From the NCBI GenBank assembly GCA_963792965.1, contig CAWBYW010000030.1, positions 81,452 through 145,451 of the forward strand: a DNA stretch of 64,000 bases, written 5' to 3'. Made by a program: the position numbers and the translations under genes. The notes beneath the pieces are model-generated. The model ran no database searches. It saw only the letters and a list, made by a program, of their open reading frames with translations, and was not told the DNA's origin. Shown piece by piece: positions 35,638 to 44,985 of this stretch (position 1 is the stretch's first letter; each line of letters starts with the position of its first letter). The DNA comes from an uncultured delta proteobacterium (GTDB taxonomy: Bacteria > Desulfobacterota > Zymogenia > Zymogenales > Zymogenaceae).

Positions 35638-36015
35638 TTAAAACGGGAGCAGTTCTCTGATGTCTTTGGCGACACGCCGGCTCATGACGGAAATCAGCCC
35701 GAGGTTCGAGTCCCTCTTGGCGATGACCGTCAGCAACGCCTTCCCCTCGATGTCGGTCAACACGATCTGGCCCGACGAGCTCAGGACCAACGTGTTCTGG
35801 ATGTCTCCTTTCTTGAGCTCCTTGACCGCCCGATTGATGACGCTCTGTGCGGCGGACGATATGGCCGCGATGATCTCCTCCTCAGCGCTTGTGGGGAGCG
35901 TCGACGCGAGCACCAGCCCTTCGTAGGTCTCCAGGACAATGGCCTCGATGCCCGGTATGCCCTCGGAGAGGTCTTTTATGGTCTTGTTCAACTCGACTGC
36001 TTTGTAGGTTCCCAC
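35638..36015 (-). CDS. roadblock/LC7 protein (MglB-like)
   Basis: 125 aa; EGLVLAS, IAAISSA, NLGLI; adjacent to the small GTPase. Confidence 0.87.
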   Translation of the reverse strand: MGTYKAVELNKTIKDLSEGIPGIEAIVLETYEGLVLASTLPTSAEEEIIAAISSAAQSVINRAVKELKKGDIQNTLVLSSSGQIVLTDIEGKALLTVIAKRDSNLGLISVMSRRVAKDIRELLPF

Positions 36016-36033
36016 GGCAATTCCTTAAATGGG

Positions 36034-36546
36034 TTAGAGTCCTTTGAGCAACGTATTGAGGACCTCAAGCGATCGCTTCTTGTCGGTGGCGCTGCAGCCG
36101 ACGATCATCGAACGATCGTCCAGACCCAATTCCGCCGACAGCTCCTTTACCGAAAGCGCGCCGGAGAGGTCCTGTTTGTTTGCCGCAACCACGAACGGCT
36201 CTTCGAGGATGTCCTTGAAAAACTTGATGATCTCCCTGGCTTCCTTGAACCTCTTGTGATCGGATGAATCGACGACGACGATAAATCCGAGCATGTTTTC
36301 GGTGAGGACCTCCCACATGAAATCAAACTGCTGCTGGCCCGGGGTGCCGAAGAGATAAATTTTCCTGTCACCGAGTGTCACCCTCCCAAAGTCCATGGCT
36401 ACCGTGGTCTCCCCCTTGATCGCCGCGTGTTCCGGCAACGTCACCTTCTTTTCGGTGCTTACCACATCTATCTCGCTGACCGTCTTGATGAATTGTGTCT
36501 TACCGCTGTTGAAAGGACCGGTCACGACTACCTTCAAGCGATGCAT
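36034..36546 (-). CDS. MglA-family small Ras-like GTPase
   Basis: G1 GPFNSGKT, G2 TTVAMDFG, G3 GTPGQ, G4 NKQD, G5 CSA. Confidence 0.9.
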   Translation of the reverse strand: MHRLKVVVTGPFNSGKTQFIKTVSEIDVVSTEKKVTLPEHAAIKGETTVAMDFGRVTLGDRKIYLFGTPGQQQFDFMWEVLTENMLGFIVVVDSSDHKRFKEAREIIKFFKDILEEPFVVAANKQDLSGALSVKELSAELGLDDRSMIVGCSATDKKRSLEVLNTLLKGL

Positions 36547-36704
36547 AGAAGGCCTCCTGTCCAAAGGAATCTATTCACCATAAAGTGGTGCTCGGAGTCG
36601 CATACGAGCCCCCCGGTTCCCTTGATGTCGGACCCTCCTCACGGGTATGCCGACCACAGCCCGGTTTGAACAAAAGAAAAGAGACAAACAATAAATATAT
36701 TACT

Positions 36705-36733
36705 TTTATAGTATCTTTACCGACCGTAGTCAA
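36705..36733 (-). promoter_or_regulatory. sigma70-like promoter heading the GTPase-che-lar-recA run
   Basis: TTGACT-17 nt-TATAAA in AT-rich intergenic DNA. Confidence 0.65.
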
Positions 36734-36740
36734 GGAATTT

Positions 36741-38702
36741 TCAAGCGTCCTGTCCCATGAAAAAGGCCGCAACGTCTTCGATTCTTTCCGTTATTTGGAA
36801 ATGGGAAAGGCTCTTCAGGATGATCTTGCCGTAGCTCCTCTGAAGAATCCTCGAATCAAGCACCACCAATACTCCCCGATCACTTTGTGACCGTATGAGC
36901 CTGCCCAATCCCTGCCGCAGGCTTATGACGGCCCGTGGGAGCTGATAGGAATAAAAGGGGTTCTGTTCGTGCGCGGCCAGGAACTCGAGCTTTGCCTCGA
37001 TGATCGGATCGGCGGGCGAGTCGAAGGGAAGCTTATCGACGACAACCAGCGACACCGCCTCCCCGGGCACGTCAACCCCCTCCCAAAAAGACGAGGTGGC
37101 AAAGAGGACCGACGAGATATCGTCGCGCAGTATCTTAAGCAGCGTCGCCTTGGGCGCCTGACCCTGAATCATCATCGTGACCGGGATCCTCCCCTTGAGC
37201 GTCCGGTAGGCCGTCTCCATGTTTCGGACGCTCGTAAACAGGACGAGCGCCCGCCCGCGGCTCATGACCAGGAGCCGCTCGATCATGTCGATCGTCGCCC
37301 CGTTGAAATTGGTCCGATCCGGCGGCGGCAGGTCGGGGGGAACGAAAAGGAGCGTCTGGGCCTTCAGGTCAAAGCCGCTCGGGATCACCATGCCCTCTAT
37401 CTCGTCTGTGAGCCCGATGCTCTTCTTGAAGAAATCGAATCCACCCATCACCGAGAGGGTCGCCGACGTGAAGATGATCGTATCGACCTTCCGGTAGAGC
37501 TTCTTGTCCAGCTCGCCTGTGATGTCGATAGGCGTCGCGCAGAGAAATGTCTCGCCGCCCCTCATGTCGTACCAGAAGACGTACTCCCGATCGGGCATCG
37601 TCGTGATAAATTCGAGATCACCCCCGATCTCCTCGGCGCGGTGAGCCATCGGGAGTATCCCCTCGTAATCCCCTGTTCCGCCCTGGATAGCTTCTTTGAG
37701 CAGTGTGAGCCGCACGCTCAGGGCTCCGGCGCGGGCGCGGTCGTTGTCGGTAAAGAAGTCGGAATAAATCCTCGTCTTTCCCTCGGACATCCGCGGCGCA
37801 AGACCGTTGAAGAAGTCGCCAGAGGCCTCGGTCACACTGAGGGCCGCACGATTGATCGGGGCATCGACGATCCGCTCGGAGCTCATCTCCCGATAGAGGT
37901 CGCGCACCAGCTCGTCGATCCGGTAGGGCGACACGGCAAGCGAGAAGAAAGAGAGACAGACCCGCTCGATATTGTGTGCCTCGTCCAGCACAACCGCATC
38001 GTAGCGGGGGATCACGCCCATGCCCCCTTTATCTCGTACCAGCAGATCGACGAAGAAGAGGTGGTGGTTTACGATCACGATATCGGCGGCCTGGGCCGCC
38101 CTCCTGACGCGGCTCACGAAGCAGTCGTCATAATGGGGACATTTTTGGCCGAGGCACGTCTCGGGGGACGACATTATATCCCTCAACAGATAGAAATCCT
38201 CCGGAAGGTCGGCGAGCTCCGCGCGGTCTCCGGTTTTCGTCTTTCTTGCCCACGATGCTATTTTGGCCGCCTCGTCGGCCGACCGTGCGAAAAACGACGT
38301 CCGCCGCATGAACCGCTCGTATTTTCGCAGGCAGAGGTAGTTGTTCCTCCCCTTGAGATGCACCGCCTGGACCCGTTTTCCGTAGGCGCGCTCAATGAGG
38401 GGGATATCGCCCTCGATGATCTGGTGCTGGAGGTTAATGGTGCCGGTCGAGACGACGACCCTCCTGCCCGACAGAAGCGCGGGAACCAGGTAGGCCAGCG
38501 TCTTTCCGGTTCCCGTCCCCGCCTCCACCATCAACGAGCGCCTATCCCTCAGCGCCGAGGATACCGCCCGTGCCATCGTGAGCTGTCCCTCCCGAAACTC
38601 GAAGCCGGAAAGCGCACGGGACAAGAACCCCTCTCTTCCGAAGAAATCGACGATTGTCTTTTCGTCTTCTTTTATATCTCCCACCGTTGACTTCTCTTCC
38701 AC
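36741..38702 (-). CDS. DinG/YoaA family Fe-S DNA helicase
   Basis: EAGTGTGKT, KGRNNYLC, C..C..C, DEAH, FWEGVD, QGLGRLIR. Confidence 0.94.
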   Translation of the reverse strand: MEEKSTVGDIKEDEKTIVDFFGREGFLSRALSGFEFREGQLTMARAVSSALRDRRSLMVEAGTGTGKTLAYLVPALLSGRRVVVSTGTINLQHQIIEGDIPLIERAYGKRVQAVHLKGRNNYLCLRKYERFMRRTSFFARSADEAAKIASWARKTKTGDRAELADLPEDFYLLRDIMSSPETCLGQKCPHYDDCFVSRVRRAAQAADIVIVNHHLFFVDLLVRDKGGMGVIPRYDAVVLDEAHNIERVCLSFFSLAVSPYRIDELVRDLYREMSSERIVDAPINRAALSVTEASGDFFNGLAPRMSEGKTRIYSDFFTDNDRARAGALSVRLTLLKEAIQGGTGDYEGILPMAHRAEEIGGDLEFITTMPDREYVFWYDMRGGETFLCATPIDITGELDKKLYRKVDTIIFTSATLSVMGGFDFFKKSIGLTDEIEGMVIPSGFDLKAQTLLFVPPDLPPPDRTNFNGATIDMIERLLVMSRGRALVLFTSVRNMETAYRTLKGRIPVTMMIQGQAPKATLLKILRDDISSVLFATSSFWEGVDVPGEAVSLVVVDKLPFDSPADPIIEAKLEFLAAHEQNPFYSYQLPRAVISLRQGLGRLIRSQSDRGVLVVLDSRILQRSYGKIILKSLSHFQITERIEDVAAFFMGQDA

Positions 38703-38824
38703 GCGATGGTATAAGAATAGAAACCGGCTTGGGCCGGTCGGCAGGACCGGACGGGCCTCTTTCGCATTGTACCTGAATCGGTCGGAATGATAAATAAAAA
38801 ACCTCGGGACTAAAGGAGACGACG

Positions 38825-39976
38825 ATGGCCGCGACGGATAATAAGGGACTGCAATTCTTTGTGACGTTGGTTGTCTTTCTCCTCCTCTTTCTCGGATTTT
38901 ACTATTTCATGTCGAAGGGAGATAAGGGCAAGGAGACCGCAAAGGTAGAGATTGCGATCGCCTACGTCAACGACGGTGCGGCCTATATCTCCGGCCTTAA
39001 GGCGGAAAACGCATTGAAAATTGCGATCGGCGAGACGATCGTATGGGCCCCAAACGGCGCCGGCCTCTACTATCTGGACAACTACGCAAAGCTCAAATAT
39101 TATGACATCAAGAGCACCGAGTCAAAAGACATCTTCATCAATGTCGCATCGTTTGCCGTCTCTCCCAAGGGCGATCTGATCGCCGTCGTGGAAAAAAATG
39201 AGGCGGGCCATCTCAAGATCATCACCAGCAGCGGGGAACCGGTCGCCGACCTCGACACCGGCACGGCGCCGTGCTGGTTTCGTGAGGGCGAGCGGATCGC
39301 CTATATCAGCGGGGGTGCCGTCTATGACGCCGCGGGCGGCGACTGGAACTCGTATCCGCTCTACAATGGGGCCCCTAACGACCTTTCGGTCTCTCCCGAC
39401 GGCAAATCGATTCTCTTTACCGAATGGAAAGGCACTGAGAGCCGCCTCGTCCTCTTGGATATCGCCACGAAGGGCACGTCGGTGGTAGAGTCGGCCGCCT
39501 TCGAGGCCGCTCCGACGGACGCATCCCCCCTCGGTTTTTCATACCCCCGGTTCTTTGCCGACAAGAACGCGGCCCTCTTCGTCTATAACGACAAGAAGGG
39601 GGGAAAGATCTACCGATTCGATCGCGAGACGAAGGCGATAACGGGGATCTCCGACGAGGGGGGCCCGATCGATTCGCTCTCTATCTCCCCGAGCTCCGAG
39701 CTGGTCGCCTATTTCTTCATCCTCAAATCGAACTTCCCGAACTTCACCGAGAAGGTGGGCGACAAACAGGTGCCGATGGACTTCGGGCCGAAGGACCTGA
39801 ACACCGACTCCATCGCGCGTCTCTACGCCCGGGGCGCCAAGGGGGAGATCGGCGGGGATAAGCTCAACAACCATAACACGAAACAGCTGCTCGACAGCGA
39901 CGTGATCCGCATCGTCGACCTCAAGAGAAGTGTCGTCTGGTCGCTCGGCAGCGGCCAATACCCGGCGCTGAAATAG
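38825..39976 (+). CDS. membrane-anchored TolB-like beta-propeller protein
   Basis: N-terminal TM; repeated WAPNG/VSPKGD/VSPDGK/ISPSS motifs; GGAG SD. Confidence 0.7.
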   Translation: MAATDNKGLQFFVTLVVFLLLFLGFYYFMSKGDKGKETAKVEIAIAYVNDGAAYISGLKAENALKIAIGETIVWAPNGAGLYYLDNYAKLKYYDIKSTESKDIFINVASFAVSPKGDLIAVVEKNEAGHLKIITSSGEPVADLDTGTAPCWFREGERIAYISGGAVYDAAGGDWNSYPLYNGAPNDLSVSPDGKSILFTEWKGTESRLVLLDIATKGTSVVESAAFEAAPTDASPLGFSYPRFFADKNAALFVYNDKKGGKIYRFDRETKAITGISDEGGPIDSLSISPSSELVAYFFILKSNFPNFTEKVGDKQVPMDFGPKDLNTDSIARLYARGAKGEIGGDKLNNHNTKQLLDSDVIRIVDLKRSVVWSLGSGQYPALK

Positions 39977-40034
39977 GCTTATGGGGGAGCAGTAACGCGA
40001 TCGGCCGTGTCCGGACGCGATACCGGAGATGATA

Positions 40035-40070
40035 AAGAGAAAGGGAGATTTTTGGATCTCCCTTTTTTTG
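40035..40070. terminator. bidirectional intrinsic terminator
   Basis: AAAGGGAGAT-TTTTGG-ATCTCCCTTT followed by TTTT, between convergent genes. Confidence 0.75.
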
Positions 40071-40367
40071 TGGCATATAGTGGCGGTCTTCCGGAAACCC
40101 GGGATAACCCGAGTCACTTGTTTCCCGATTCCGGAAAAGAAAACTTGTAGGGGTTCACATCGTGTGTCTTGTAACGGCGATCTGCTCTCATGCTGTTGTG
40201 TCCCGCGTATCAAAGATGAGACGGCGGCCTTTCTTGGGCTTACCCGTCCGCTAACGTGTCCTAAATTATGGAAGCCGACCACGTGTCAATACGTGAAGTC
40301 GGCCTTCTCGGACTTGCCGTCGTCTTTCCGCCCCGACTATCGGATGCGCATCCCTCCTATGGACAAC

Positions 40368-40670
40368 CTAAAAACCCTCTACCGGCACCTTCAGGAAGCC
40401 CGCGATATGGACCTGCTCATCGAAGCTGCAGTCGGGGCAATCCAGGAAGTCCGCGTCGGAGTTATAGGTAAAGTCCTTCCCGTTGATAGTGCCGTAATAG
40501 TCACCGTCGGCCCACTTGTTTATGACGACGATCTTGTCTCCCTGTACATCCTTGACGACGGTAGGACCCGAGCCGCCGATTAGATAGACGGCGGCCGCGA
40601 TCGCCACAACAAGGATCACGACGATACCGACGATCAGCACCGTTATGGTTCCTTTCTTTCTTTCAGCCAC
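40368..40670 (-). CDS. small membrane-anchored hypothetical protein with CxxC
   Basis: GGAGG SD, basic N-terminus plus TM helix, DCPDC. Confidence 0.65.
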   Translation of the reverse strand: MAERKKGTITVLIVGIVVILVVAIAAAVYLIGGSGPTVVKDVQGDKIVVINKWADGDYYGTINGKDFTYNSDADFLDCPDCSFDEQVHIAGFLKVPVEGF

Positions 40671-40896
40671 TATGCCGCCTCCCGTATAATCGCATATTAT
40701 AGATTAATTAAAACATGGATCCTCTGATTTGTAAAGAGGCCGGCCCTTCTTTTCGCGAGCCCGTAAACGCCAAAGGGATGCGGGGACCATTTCCCGTCCA
40801 TCGGGTCATCGGCCCGCAGGGAAGGTCTTGAGCGGGCATGGTGCGGGGTGTACCGTCTTCTCATCGGCCTCAGTATTGCGCGCCCTACCTTCGGAG

Positions 40897-42669
40897 CTAA
40901 CCTTTCCGATCCCTTACATCCGGCAGCGCGTTTATCTCCCGCACCCGTTCCGGAGGATATTTATCGCTCCTGTCGAAGTTCAACAGCCCGTTCTTCTCGT
41001 TTTCGATGTCGTAGGCCTGGGTCAGGCAGTAGCCGGTGATAAGGGGGTACTGGTTCATAATCTCGACGTTATGCCTGAAATTTTCCATGAAACCGGCGCT
41101 TCCTTTATAATACCCGGCCCCGCCGAACTCGCTGATGACAAAGGGCTCGTGTCCCCCGTATACCCCCTGCCTGAGGTACGGCACCCGCGCCACGATGTGG
41201 GTGAGGACTATATTTATAAGCATCTTGGGCAGCCTCATGAACTGGCGCGACATTTTTCGTCCATCGCCGAGGATTTGGTAAAGACGATGGATTTTTTTAT
41301 CCGTGTCCAGGTAGTGGTGTACATCCACGATATCGGTGATCACGTGATCGTAGCCCGAGTTGTCGATAACCAAGATGTTCGGGTTGAGCTCCTTTACTTT
41401 CCGGTACATCGCCTGCAGGAATTCCCGCTTCTTTCTGCTCCAGAGGATCCCGTAGACGCCCCATGACTCGTTGAAGAGGACGACCGCCATAATACAGGGA
41501 TGACACGCGTCCCGCGCCATCACCTCCTCGAGCTCTCCCTCATACTGGTTTTCGTCCACTCCTCCGAAGAGGAACGGCGACGGCATCTCCTCCCAGACGA
41601 GAAGCCCGTGCTTATCGCACAACGCCAGGTATCTCGGGTCCTCGATCTTCTCGTGTATCCTGATCCCGTTGAACCCGAGCGACTTGTACGTGATGATCTC
41701 CCTTTCAAACACGTCCTCATCCGTCGGAGAGTAGTGTCCCCCCGGATAGTATCCCTGCACGAGCAGCATCTTCAGGTAGACCGGCTCCCCGTTCAGGAGG
41801 ATCCTCCCGTCTCTGGCTTCCACCCTCCTGAGGCCTACCCGCGACGACGACCCGGTCGCTCGCGGTCCCGCTTTCATCAAAGAGCGTGATCTCGACCCGG
41901 TAGAGATGGGGGTGTGTGACCGACCAGGGCCGCGGATTGGCGATGTGGAATGTCTTTTCGAGGGCGCTCCCTGCGATGGAAACTTTTCCTGCGCGGCCAC
42001 GCGGCCGTCGGAGTCGATGACGCGCACCTCGCACAAGGACGTACCCCGTGCCTCGATGTCGGCCGCGACGGTCACGCGGTCCATATCCGGCACAAGGGTG
42101 AGGTGCTTGATATACGAATCGCCCGTGGCGGAAAGGAAGACCGGCTGCCAGATGCCGCTGGCCGGCGTATAGAAGACGGCGGAGAGCTTTTCCCAGACGT
42201 ATTGCTTTCCGCGCAGGGTCCCTCTCTTCGGGTAATCGGCCACCCTCACCGAGATCCTGTTGGACACCTGGAGAAAATCGGTTATCTCAAAGGAAAAGGG
42301 GGTATATCCGCCCCGATGGCCGCCGAGGTGATTCCCGTTTATCCAGACCTCCGCCTCGTAGTCCACGGCGCCGAAGTTGAGGAAGAACCGCGTCCCCTCA
42401 GGGAAATCTTCACGACGAAGCTCCCGCGCATACCAGAAGAGCGGAAAGATCTGTCGGCCTTCCAGTCCGCTTGCCTCGCTCTCAAGACAAAAGGGCACGC
42501 GGACGGTATCGGGGAGACGTCTACTAAACCACGCCTCCTTGATCCCCGAGTCTTTCGGGTCGAATGCAAATTCCCAGTCGCCGTCAAGTGACAAGCAGTG
42601 CTCCCGCACCATATCCGGCCGCGGATAGTTCATGGCAAGACTCCTAAAAGGGACATCTCCCTCAGACAC
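40897..42669 (-). CDS. glycoside hydrolase family 2 (compensating frameshifts ~41835-41950)
   Basis: YPRP, LDGDWEF, FGAVDY, GGYTPF, SGIWQPV, FNESWG, SEFGG, ENEKNGL. The conserved PRPWS...PHLY segment lies in another frame. Confidence 0.9.
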   Translation of the reverse strand: MSEGDVPFRSLAMNYPRPDMVREHCLSLDGDWEFAFDPKDSGIKEAWFSRRLPDTVRVPFCLESEASGLEGRQIFPLFWYARELRREDFPEGTRFFLNFGAVDYEAEVWINGNHLGGHRGGYTPFSFEITDFLQVSNRISVRVADYPKRGTLRGKQYVWEKLSAVFYTPASGIWQPVFLSATGDSYIKHLTLVPDMDRVTVAADIEARGTSLCEVRVIDSDGRVAAQEKFPSQGAPSKRHSTSPIRGPGRSHTPISTGSRSRSLMKAGPRATGSSSRVGLRRVEARDGRILLNGEPVYLKMLLVQGYYPGGHYSPTDEDVFEREIITYKSLGFNGIRIHEKIEDPRYLALCDKHGLLVWEEMPSPFLFGGVDENQYEGELEEVMARDACHPCIMAVVLFNESWGVYGILWSRKKREFLQAMYRKVKELNPNILVIDNSGYDHVITDIVDVHHYLDTDKKIHRLYQILGDGRKMSRQFMRLPKMLINIVLTHIVARVPYLRQGVYGGHEPFVISEFGGAGYYKGSAGFMENFRHNVEIMNQYPLITGYCLTQAYDIENEKNGLLNFDRSDKYPPERVREINALPDVRDRKG

Positions 42670-42741
42670 GGGAAAGCAGCCGCCGGAGCTCTGTGGGCAC
42701 GCACGATGGGGCAGTAGCTCACAGTACGCGATGAGATGTGC

Positions 42742-43709
42742 TCACTTCGCTCGTCCCTTCGCCCCCCGTCCCCGCTCGATCAGGTCTTCCCCAAAGTGCT
42801 CATAGGCCTCGGGAAACTTCTTCAAAAAGAGCGGCTTCTTGCCGGACGGGATCTTCAGCTCGTAGTTCGCTTCGTCCGGCGGAGTAACCCCCCTGAGCAG
42901 CTCGGGATTGAGAGCCCCAAGCGTCTTCTCCTGCACCCCCAACACCTGTGCGAAGAACCAGAGCGGCAGCCCCCCCGGCACCCAGACCTTGTCGTACGTA
43001 AACGGGACGACGCCTGCGGGCGGTGCGAACCCGTAGCGTTTCGGATCCTGCATGATCGCCATGATGGCAAGCACCCGCGGGACGTAGCCCTGGGCCTGGA
43101 ACGTCAGCTTGCCCATCTTACCCATCTCCCACAGCGAAAGCGACCCGCACGATTCGATCGCGGAATTAACCGATCCCGACCCGCAATTGTAGCCCGCCAG
43201 CGCCAGCTCCCAGTTGGAAAACGACGCAAAGAGCCCCGAGAAATATTTCGCCGCGGCCGTCGTTGATTTCTCGAAGTCGCGCCGCTCGTCCACCCAGTCG
43301 TTCATCTTCATCCCGAACCCCTTGGCCGTCGTCGGGATGAACTGCCAGGGCCCGCCAGCCCCCATCACGGAGACGGCCGTGGGGTCAAAGCCGCTCTCGA
43401 GGATCGCCACGTAGACCAGCGCCTCCGGCACGCCGCGGCTTCTCAATATCCCCTTCATCAGCGGCGAGAACCTTTCGGCCGTCGCCAGCCACCTGTTAAC
43501 CGAATAGGGCGCCTTTTTCAGCGTCTCGATCTCTTCTCTCACCTGTTCGTTGACGACCAAGGGAATCTCGACGGGCGGCTGTGAGCAGGTGGCGACGATC
43601 TCCTGGCCCTTTTCTGTCTCTGGCACAGGCAAGGGACCCGTCGCCGTCAGGGCCGCTCGCAGCCCGATAGGCAGATTATCATGCAAAGGAAGGCGGGTAT
43701 GTTTCTCAT
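42742..43709 (-). CDS. MltD-like lytic transglycosylase, probable lipoprotein (frameshift ~43655)
   Basis: ILESGF, AGGPWQF, DERRD, LAGYNCG, LNPEL. Another frame from ATG 43709 gives the lipobox MRNIPAFLCMIICLSGC. Confidence 0.88.
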
Positions 43710-43812
43710 AATTCTCTTTCGACTATATCGTTGAGGCTTTTTCTACTGTAGCGAAAAACGGGCCCTGCGTCAAGGGTGAACAGCCTTGCCGTGCCCGGCG
43801 TCTCCAAATTTG

Positions 43813-43841
43813 TTGACAAAAAAACCTTTTAATCATACTAT
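43813..43841 (+). promoter_or_regulatory. sigma70-like promoter of nadA
   Basis: TTGACA-17 nt-TACTAT. Confidence 0.7.
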
Positions 43842-43866
43842 CTTATAAGTCATTACGGGGGCGCTC

Positions 43867-44788
43867 ATGGAAACAAGCAGTCTGATCAGCGAAGTCCGCT
43901 CCCTCCTCAAAAAGAGGAACGCGATCTTCCTTGCCCACAACTACCAACGGCCCGAGGTTCAGGACGCCGCCGACCTGACGGGAGACTCCCTCGGGCTCTC
44001 CATCGCGGCCGCCGCCACCACGGCCGATATCATCGTCTTTGCCGGCGTTCATTTCATGGCGGAAAGCGCGGCCATCCTCTCTCCCAATAAGACGGTCCTC
44101 ATCCCCCGGCCGGAGGCGGGGTGCCCCATGGCCGACATGATCACCAAAGAGGACGCGCTTGACTTCAAGAATCGATACCCCGGCAGCAACGCTTGTCACC
44201 TACGTCAACTCTACGGCCGACGTAAAGGCGGTCACGGATATCTGCTGCACATCGGCCAACGCCGTGAGCGTCGTCAAGTTCTCTGGATGCCGACGTCGTC
44301 CTCATGGCGCCGGACAGAAACCTCGCCCACTGGACCGCCCGCTTTTCCAAGAAAGAGATTCACTGGTGGGACGGCTTTTGCCCGACCCACGAGCGGTTGA
44401 CCGCCGATGAAGTGAAGGCGGTGAAGGCCAAGCACCCGGATGCCTTTTTCATCGCCCATCCGGAGTGCCGCCCCTCGGTGGTCGACCTGGCGGATAAGGT
44501 CGCCAGCACCTCCGGAATGCTCGATTTTGTCAAGACATCGTCCCTGAAGAAATTTATCATCGGCACGGAGCTTGGTATCCTTCACCCGCTCAAAAAGGCC
44601 AGCCCGGACAAGACGTTCATACCGGCCGCCGAGCATATGATCTGTCCGAACATGAAGCTGACCACGCTTGCGGACGTGCTGGAGATGTCTGGCGAGACAC
44701 GAAGAACGTCGTAACCGTCGCCCCCGACATTCGCCGATTCGCCAAGGAGGCGCTGGACCGCATGCTCGCCGTCAAGAGGGTGGATTAG
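43867..44788 (+). CDS. nadA: quinolinate synthase A (about 3 frameshifts)
   Basis: [50 protein letters not shown] across frames. Confidence 0.93.
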
Positions 44789-44985
44789 GAGAGCCGGGGG
44801 AAGTCGGGGAGCTCGACCTCTCGACGGGTGGGAGCGATCGTTTTACCGACGCCACGTGCCGACCCCGCGGACTCTTCTACGGCGGCTTGACTATCACACG
44901 GGCACGCCTGCGACTTTCTTGGATAACCGATACGGTGGCCAACCCGTAAGAAATAGGGCTTTTTCAACATGGTAAGGGGGAATTC

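Noticed and set aside
36969-38690. Long antisense ORFs (573 aa here; also 20836-22305 and 8720-9829)
   Set aside because: These are shadow frames of real genes in GC-rich DNA and have no recognisable motifs.
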